Source: an uncultured Gammaproteobacteria bacterium (lineage in GTDB: Bacteria > Patescibacteriota > Patescibacteriia > UBA11705 > JABHMO01). Taken from it: a stretch of DNA of 64,000 nucleotides. The notes below the pieces were generated by a model, which saw nothing but the letters and a program-made list of their open reading frames with translations, did no database searches and was not told the origin of the DNA. The stretch is from contig CAZPYM010000003.1 of NCBI GenBank assembly GCA_964590105.1, forward strand, positions 72,179-136,178, written 5' to 3'. The position numbers and the translations under genes are program-made. Of this stretch, positions 58,239-64,000 are shown piece by piece. Positions within the stretch are counted from its first letter, which is position 1, and each line of letters begins with the position of its first letter.

Positions 58239-58242
58239 TTGT

Positions 58243-58704
58243 ATGAAGGTTTTATTACAAAGAGTAAATTTAGCTTCCGTTGAAGTTGACAATAAAGTTG
58301 TCGGAAAAATCGGCAAAGGGCTTTTGGCTTTTTTGGGCGTTGGCAAAGAGGATTCTGAAGTGGAAGTAACTACTTTGGTCGAAAAGTTAATAAACTTGCG
58401 GATTTTTCCAGTTGAAGACCCTTCGACAAGCTCAGGGCAGGGAAAACATTTTGACAAATCATTATTGGAAGTTGGCGGCGAGGTTTTGGTGGTTTCCCAG
58501 TTTACTCTTTATGCTAATTGCGAAAAAGGCAGGCGGCCTGATTTTTTTGACTCTGCCGATCCTAAAAAAGCAGAAGATTTGTACAATAAATTCATTGATA
58601 AATTAAAATCTAAAAACATTAAAACTGAAGCAGGAAAATTTGGCGCGTATATGCAAGTCAATTTAGAAAATGACGGGCCGTGTACTTTCTGGCTGGAGAG
58701 ATAA
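58243..58704 (+). CDS. dtd: D-aminoacyl-tRNA deacylase
   Basis: MKVLLQRVNLASVEVDNKVVGKIGKGLLAFLGV...SQFTLYAN...GRRPDF...NDGPCTFWLE. Confidence 0.8.
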   Translation: MKVLLQRVNLASVEVDNKVVGKIGKGLLAFLGVGKEDSEVEVTTLVEKLINLRIFPVEDPSTSSGQGKHFDKSLLEVGGEVLVVSQFTLYANCEKGRRPDFFDSADPKKAEDLYNKFIDKLKSKNIKTEAGKFGAYMQVNLENDGPCTFWLER

Positions 58705-59017
58705 CGGGCACTCATTCTTGTCATTTCGACCATCGTGGAGAAATCACAAGAATGGAGAAGGGATTTCTCGACTCCTCCTTCGTCGTCGCTCGAAATGACA
58801 AAAATGGGGAAGCGGACGTCGCTCGAAATTGCCAAAGATCTTGGCTATGTTTCAGAATATGAATATAAAGTTCTGCTCGAACAGTCCATTAAAGTCCACA
58901 AAATCACCAAGGGCTTAATAAAGAGGACTCGCTCCCTCTCAACATGATTTATGCTTCATTCTTCATGTTTCATGCTTAATTCATAATTCATTATTCATAA
59001 TTCATACTTCAAATTTT

Positions 59018-60823
59018 ATGAACAAAGAACAGTTAGAATTAATGCGTCATTCGCTTAGCCACATAATGGCTGAGGCAGTACTTAAATTTTACCCAAACGC
59101 CAAGCTGGCAATCGGGCCGGCGATTGAAAACGGCTTTTACTATGACTTTGATTTGGGGGATGAAGCCTTTTCAAAAGATGATTTAAAGAAAATTGAAAAA
59201 GAAATGAGAAAAATTGTCAGTGCCGATCAAAAATTTGAGCATTTTAATTTACCGATTGACGAAGCTAAAGAAAAACTGGCGGGCAATCCTTACAAACTGG
59301 AAATGGTGGATCAATTGGCGGTTGAGGGAGAAAAAGAAATTAGTTTTTACAAAAATCTTGATCAGGATGGCAATGAAGTTTTTGTTGACATGTGCCGCGG
59401 TCCGCACGTTGCCTCAACAAAACAAGTCGGCGCTTTCAAACTGCACAAAGTTGCCGGCGCATACTGGCGGGGAGACGAAAAAAATAAAATGCTTCAGCGT
59501 ATTTACGGGTTAGCTTTTGAAACGCGGGAAGAAATTGAGAAATATTTAAAACTGCTCGAAGAAGCGGAAAAGCGCGATCATCGGGTGATTGGCAAAGACT
59601 TGTTTTTGCTTGATCCGATGGTCGGACTTGGACTCGCCATGTGGAAGCCAAAAGGCGCTCTGCTCTGGCACATTATGGAAGATTTTTGGTACCAAGCGCA
59701 TCTGCGGGCAGGTTATCAACTGGTTAGATCGCCACATATTGGCTCGCGGCAATTGTGGGAAACTTCAGGGCATTGGAATTTTTATAATGACAGCATGTAT
59801 CCGGCGATTGAAGTCAGCAAATCATTGAAAGAAGTGCAGCTGGGACAAACAGTCGACCGGCCAAAAGAAGAATATCTGTTAAAGCCGATGAATTGCCCAT
59901 TTCATGTTCAGCTGTATAAAGCAGAAATGTGGTCGTACAAGGATCTGCCTTTGCGCTGGGCTGAATGCGGTACGGTTTACCGATATGAAAAATCAGGAGA
60001 GCTTTCCGGCCTGGTGCGCGTTCGCGGTTTTACCCAGGATGACGCGCATATTATTTGCACAAAAGATCAGGTAGAGCAGGAATTAGTCAGAGTTGCGGAA
60101 TTTATTAAATATATATTTGAAACATTTGGCTTCAAAGAATATAAGATCTGTTTGTCGCTTCGCGACCCTCAAAACAAAGATAAGTACGCCGGCAATGACA
60201 GCGGTTGGGAATTTACAGAGGCGGTCATGGAAAAGGTCGCTGGACAGCTGGGCGTGGAATATGAAAAAGAGCTTGGCGAAGCGGCGTTTTACGGGCCGAA
60301 ACTAGATTATAAGATAAAAGATGTGCTTGGTCGCGAGTGGCAATGTTCAACTCTGCAGTTTGATTTTAATCTGCCTGAGAAATTTAAAATGACTTATATT
60401 AATAATGAAGGGAAAGAAGAACAGCCATTTATGTTGCACCGGGCTTTGTTCGGTTCGTTTGAGCGATTTGTCGGTTTATTGATTGAGCACTATGCCGGCG
60501 CTTTTCCATTGTGGTTGTCGCCAGAACAAGTCCGTGTTTTGCCGGTATCGGAAAAGTTTGATGATTATGCCAAAGAAGTTGTGGAAGAGTTGATAAAAAA
60601 TGGCTTGCGCGCAAGGCTGGATAGTGAGAGTGAATCTCTGCCAAAGAGAATCAGAAACGGAGAAAAAGCCAAGGTGCCATATTTATTGGTTGTCGGAGAA
60701 AAAGAAGCGGCTGATCGGACAGTGGCGGTGCGTCAGCGGTCGCAGGGAGATTTGGGCGCAAGAGCGATTGCTGAATTTATTTCAGAGGCAGTTCAGGCAA
60801 ATGAGAAAAAAATAATTTGGTAA
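59018..60823 (+). CDS. thrS: threonyl-tRNA synthetase (lacks the N-terminal TGS domain)
   Basis: N2 editing domain HSLSH, class II motifs, C-terminal anticodon-binding domain. 601 aa. Confidence 0.92.
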   Translation: MNKEQLELMRHSLSHIMAEAVLKFYPNAKLAIGPAIENGFYYDFDLGDEAFSKDDLKKIEKEMRKIVSADQKFEHFNLPIDEAKEKLAGNPYKLEMVDQLAVEGEKEISFYKNLDQDGNEVFVDMCRGPHVASTKQVGAFKLHKVAGAYWRGDEKNKMLQRIYGLAFETREEIEKYLKLLEEAEKRDHRVIGKDLFLLDPMVGLGLAMWKPKGALLWHIMEDFWYQAHLRAGYQLVRSPHIGSRQLWETSGHWNFYNDSMYPAIEVSKSLKEVQLGQTVDRPKEEYLLKPMNCPFHVQLYKAEMWSYKDLPLRWAECGTVYRYEKSGELSGLVRVRGFTQDDAHIICTKDQVEQELVRVAEFIKYIFETFGFKEYKICLSLRDPQNKDKYAGNDSGWEFTEAVMEKVAGQLGVEYEKELGEAAFYGPKLDYKIKDVLGREWQCSTLQFDFNLPEKFKMTYINNEGKEEQPFMLHRALFGSFERFVGLLIEHYAGAFPLWLSPEQVRVLPVSEKFDDYAKEVVEELIKNGLRARLDSESESLPKRIRNGEKAKVPYLLVVGEKEAADRTVAVRQRSQGDLGARAIAEFISEAVQANEKKIIW

Positions 60824-60830
60824 TAAAAAA

Positions 60831-60860
60831 GACCCCGTCTCTGGCGAGAGACTGGGGTCT
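60831..60860. terminator. bidirectional terminator between thrS and the convergent minus-strand gene
   Basis: gaccccgtctc-tggcgag-agactggggtc with flanking A/T runs. Confidence 0.65.
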
Positions 60861-60864
60861 TGTG

Positions 60865-61515
60865 TTAGTTCGTGTCGGCCAACGCCGACGTCTTGTCGAA
60901 GTGCCGGCGGAACATCCTGAGGATGATGAAGAAGAAGACTTCTCCCTTGAATAGTACGAAGGGGACATCCTCTTCCGGCACTTCTTTTTTGAACTCGGGC
61001 CGCAGAAAAAAGACCTTTTGGGGCCGTTCGTTTCTCGGCAGAGTGAATTGCGCGTGCGCGCTTTCCAGGTCAAAGCCCTGAATCAGGCTCTGGCCACTCA
61101 CGGCGGCTCGACTCCACAGGGCCTGTTCTTCGTCGGCAATGTCATACTTGGTCGGCTGATGAGACTCTTTGAACTCAGCTCTCACCGACTTGATGATTTC
61201 ATATTCAAGATCAGGGAACATGTCCATGAGCGGCTGCAACGCCCGGTAAAGCCGGTTGTGCTCGCGGGGCGAAACCAGTTTTTCACGGAGCAGCATGTCA
61301 ATATAGGTGTCGAGAAGGTGTTCTTTTCGCACGGGCTGTCCACCTCCTTTTGGCTTTTCAATTTGCTTCTTCTCAGGCCGGCAAAACTGCAGGAGCTTGC
61401 CGGGCGCTTGTTTTTCTCTGTTCTCTCCAGTAATACCCGCTTCGTGGTTCTGGCTGAAAGAGATAAAGACAACGGACTGGTCAGTCCGAGCTTGTTTGTT
61501 CATCGTAACCTCCAA
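60865..61515 (-). CDS. hypothetical protein (216 aa) on a GC-rich (about 56%) islet
   Basis: Strong RBS (ttGGAGGTtacgATG) on the minus strand, high GC3, terminator downstream. No family recognised. The overlapping + strand ORFs are judged spurious. Confidence 0.55.
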   Translation of the reverse strand: MEVTMNKQARTDQSVVFISFSQNHEAGITGENREKQAPGKLLQFCRPEKKQIEKPKGGGQPVRKEHLLDTYIDMLLREKLVSPREHNRLYRALQPLMDMFPDLEYEIIKSVRAEFKESHQPTKYDIADEEQALWSRAAVSGQSLIQGFDLESAHAQFTLPRNERPQKVFFLRPEFKKEVPEEDVPFVLFKGEVFFFIILRMFRRHFDKTSALADTN

Positions 61516-61645
61516 TTGTCAGAGAGTAAACCCTAACAAGGTATTATTGCATTTTTTTACTGAGTTGTCAAGGCCTTAAAAAATTTATAAATTTAGGGTA
61601 TAATGGGGACAGTTAACAAATAAAGCTATAATCAGAAAATATTGT

Positions 61646-63712
61646 ATGAAAAAAGCATATTTATTAATCGGATTTTTAATCATTAGTTTTGTCATAACTA
61701 ATAGCTCACTTGCGGCGGCTGATCCTTATTATTACAAACAGTGGTATCTGCCGCAAATAAAAGCACCTGAAGCCTGGACTGTTACCAAGGGGAGCACCAA
61801 TATTATTGTGGCGGTTTTGGATACAGGACTCGACATGGAGCATCCTGATATCAAAGATAACATTTGGCGGAACCTTGATGAGATTCCCGGCGACAAAATT
61901 GACAATGATGGAAACGGTTATATTGATGATGTGAACGGCTGGGACTTCGTTGACAAGAACAACACTCCGTCTCCAAAATTAAGCGGAAAATATTCTGTGC
62001 CGGCTGTTGATCATGGCACTTTTGTGGCGGGATTAATTTCTGCGGTTCACGACAATGGCCAAGGAATAAAAGGCGTTACCGCCAATGTGAAAATTATGCC
62101 TCTGCGCGTTTTGGATTCAGAGGGCTATGGTACTTCAGCCACAGTTACTTCGGCAATGGATTACGCGATAAAAAATGGCGCTGATATTATTAATCTTAGT
62201 TTTGGCGGATATGATTATAGTAGCAGTCTAAAAAATAAAATCAGCGAAGCGTATAGCAAAGGCATTTTGATAGTGGCGGCGGCGGGCAATATGGCTGATT
62301 CTACGGCCAGCACTGGAGTTGATTTGACTGATAAACCGATTTATCCGATTTGTTATGATCAGCAATTTACTGAAAATAAAATTCTGGGAGTAGTGGCCAG
62401 CACCAAGCAAAATAAGCCGGCTGCTTTTTCCAATTACGGTAAGGGCTGTATTGACATTGCCGCTCCGGGCGAGGATTTTATCGGACTTGTTTATCATGAT
62501 AATGAAAAAGCAAATTTAAGCGCCTATTACGAAGAGGGCTGGAATGGCAATTCTTTTTCCGCGGCTTTGGTTTCAGGAGCGGCGGCTTTATTAAAATCAG
62601 TAAAACCGGAATTAACGCCAAAGCAATTGATTGAAACATTAATGCAGGAAAGCGGCCTGCTCATCATTGACAATCCCAAATATAATGGTAAGGTAGGTGC
62701 TGGACTATTGGACATCAAAAAGGCTTTGGACAAAGTGTATACTCCGGCAGTGACTACGACGCCGGTTGTCGCGACACCGGTAACCGGAACGACCCCAACA
62801 CCGATTGTTTCCAATGCGCAAATTATTGTTTCGACAAAAGCCAAGGGCCTTAGTTCAGTCATGATTTACAATTCAAGTTTAACTAGAATCAATGAAATAG
62901 AAGTGTTAAAGGGAGAAGAATTTCAAGGATTGAATGTTCAGGTGGCGGATGTTAATGGCGGCGATAAGGAAATCATAGTTGGAGCGGCCAGGGGCGCCAC
63001 GCCTTTTGTGCGAGTGCTTGATTCAAACGGCACAATTGTCAGTAGTTTTCTCGGCTTTGACGCCAATTTCAAGGGCGGCGTGGAAGTGGCGGCTGGCGAT
63101 ATTGACGCGGATGGCCAGGTGGAGATTATTGTCGCTCCGGAATCAGGCTATGCTCCGGTAATCAAAATTTTTGATTTAAATGGTAAACTTAAAAAAGAAT
63201 TTTACGCTTATAATGAAAGCTTTACAAACGGAATAAACGTGGCGGTGGGAGATGTTGACGCGGACGGCAAGCCGGATATAGTAGTGGCGCCGCACCAGGG
63301 TTTGATGCCCAAAATAAAAATTTTTGACGGGCAGGGAACTCTGAAAAAAGAACTGGTTGTTTACAGCCCGCAATTTACCGGCGGCGTAAACATTGCTCTT
63401 GCCAATGTTAATGGTACGGGGCCGCTTGAAATCATCACTGGCGCAGGACCTGGCGGCGGGCCTCATGTGCAGGTGCTGACTTATCAGGGAACAAAGCTGG
63501 CCAGCTTTATGGCTTACAGTGCGAGTTTTACCGGCGGAGTGGAAGTGGCGGCCGGCGACTGGAATGGCGACGGAAATATTGAAATCATTACCGCGGCCGG
63601 ACCGGGCGGCGGGCCGCACGTAAAGATTTTTAATAGTTGGGGCGGCTATTTGAATCAATTTTTTCCATTACCAAACACTTTTACGAATGGAATTAATATA
63701 GCGATTAAATGA
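61646..63712 (+). CDS. secreted subtilisin-like serine protease (S8) with a C-terminal FG-GAP beta-propeller repeat domain
   Basis: Signal peptide. D (VAVLDTGLD), H (HGTFVAG) and S (GNSFSAALVSG) triad. Thr/Pro linker, then about 6 repeats of ...AAGDIDADGQVEIIVAP...P.IKIFD... Confidence 0.8.
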   Translation: MKKAYLLIGFLIISFVITNSSLAAADPYYYKQWYLPQIKAPEAWTVTKGSTNIIVAVLDTGLDMEHPDIKDNIWRNLDEIPGDKIDNDGNGYIDDVNGWDFVDKNNTPSPKLSGKYSVPAVDHGTFVAGLISAVHDNGQGIKGVTANVKIMPLRVLDSEGYGTSATVTSAMDYAIKNGADIINLSFGGYDYSSSLKNKISEAYSKGILIVAAAGNMADSTASTGVDLTDKPIYPICYDQQFTENKILGVVASTKQNKPAAFSNYGKGCIDIAAPGEDFIGLVYHDNEKANLSAYYEEGWNGNSFSAALVSGAAALLKSVKPELTPKQLIETLMQESGLLIIDNPKYNGKVGAGLLDIKKALDKVYTPAVTTTPVVATPVTGTTPTPIVSNAQIIVSTKAKGLSSVMIYNSSLTRINEIEVLKGEEFQGLNVQVADVNGGDKEIIVGAARGATPFVRVLDSNGTIVSSFLGFDANFKGGVEVAAGDIDADGQVEIIVAPESGYAPVIKIFDLNGKLKKEFYAYNESFTNGINVAVGDVDADGKPDIVVAPHQGLMPKIKIFDGQGTLKKELVVYSPQFTGGVNIALANVNGTGPLEIITGAGPGGGPHVQVLTYQGTKLASFMAYSASFTGGVEVAAGDWNGDGNIEIITAAGPGGGPHVKIFNSWGGYLNQFFPLPNTFTNGINIAIK

Positions 63713-63745
63713 GAAGGTAAAAGCTAAAAAGTAAAAGTTAAAAGT
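63713..63745. repeat. GTAAAAG-type heptamer repeats (same family as 49948-50046)
   Basis: gagaaggtaaaagctaaaaagtaaaagttaaaag. Confidence 0.6.
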
Positions 63746-63827
63746 TTTCGTCAAGGATAAATTCGTCTATGGCGAAAAGCAAGTTAACCAATTAGCTAGT
63801 TAGCTAATCAACTAGTCAACTGCCATA

Positions 63828-64000
63828 TGATTGAAGGAGTGAAAATTAAACAGCTAAAAAAGTTTTGCGATGATCGTGGTTTTTTTGCTGAAATTATCAA
63901 GGAGGGCGAAGACTCTTTTTGCCAGGTAAAACAAACAAGCTATACGGAAACTCATCCTGGCGTGATCAAAGCTTTTCATTGGCACAAGCGCCAGTGGGAC
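63828..64000 (+). CDS. rfbC: dTDP-4-dehydrorhamnose 3,5-epimerase, N-terminal part (truncated by the window end)
   Basis: MIEGVKIKQLKKFCDDRGFFAEI... is the RmlC cupin start. Confidence 0.7.

Noticed and set aside
61018-61579. Plus-strand ORFs of 172 aa and 90 aa opposite the 216-aa minus-strand gene
   Set aside because: There is no RBS, and they overlap the better-supported minus-strand gene (GGAGGT RBS, terminator) in GC-rich DNA.

Overview
The window is a 64-kb, low-GC (about 38-40%) bacterial segment that looks like a Candidate Phyla Radiation / Patescibacteria genome. The evidence is very small spacers, no ribosomal protein L30, Lys/Glu-rich extensions on ribosomal proteins, weak Shine-Dalgarno sites and many extended -10 promoters.

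Gene content in order:
- On the minus strand, a partial ABC-ATPase and an HlyD-type adaptor (efflux pair), then a small hypothetical.
- A site-2 protease.
- The str operon (rpsL-rpsG-fusA, a small acidic ORF, tuf).
- An almost complete S10-spc cluster (rpsJ to rplO, secY, adk, map) that is followed by ruvX-recO rather than the usual infA...rplQ block.
- Two tandem paralogous Cys-rich lipoproteins.
- A GC-rich (about 57%) two-gene island next to tRNA-Ile(UAU) and tRNA-Val(GAC).
- A CaCA exchanger, then a radical-SAM gene that appears inserted with a roughly 110-bp duplication of the exchanger 3' end, then a DHH phosphoesterase.
- valS-tyrS-argS and a hypothetical ORF, a bactofilin, a DAGK-like protein, a ferredoxin flanked by a dispersed GCGAAT-type repeat, tRNA-Leu(GAG), YraN, and pyk-ppsA.
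- A permease, three GT2 glycosyltransferases, a GC-rich single-gene islet, a DUF4012 protein and dnaE.
- A putative small ncRNA with its own promoter and terminator, dtd, thrS, a third GC-rich islet, an S8 protease with an FG-GAP beta-propeller, and the start of rmlC.

Most interesting observations:
1. valS carries an in-frame insertion of about 330 aa with a phosphoglycerate-mutase-type histidine phosphatase domain (exact PROSITE RHG signature) plus an ASCH RNA-binding domain.
2. Three high-GC orphan-gene islets sit in a low-GC genome, one of them next to tRNAs.
3. At least five dispersed short-repeat families fill the spacers and have invaded valS and argS in frame.
4. There is a G-tract heptamer minisatellite.
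5. A cassette-like radical-SAM insertion has duplicated its target.

All calls are by eye from the sequence; no searches were run.
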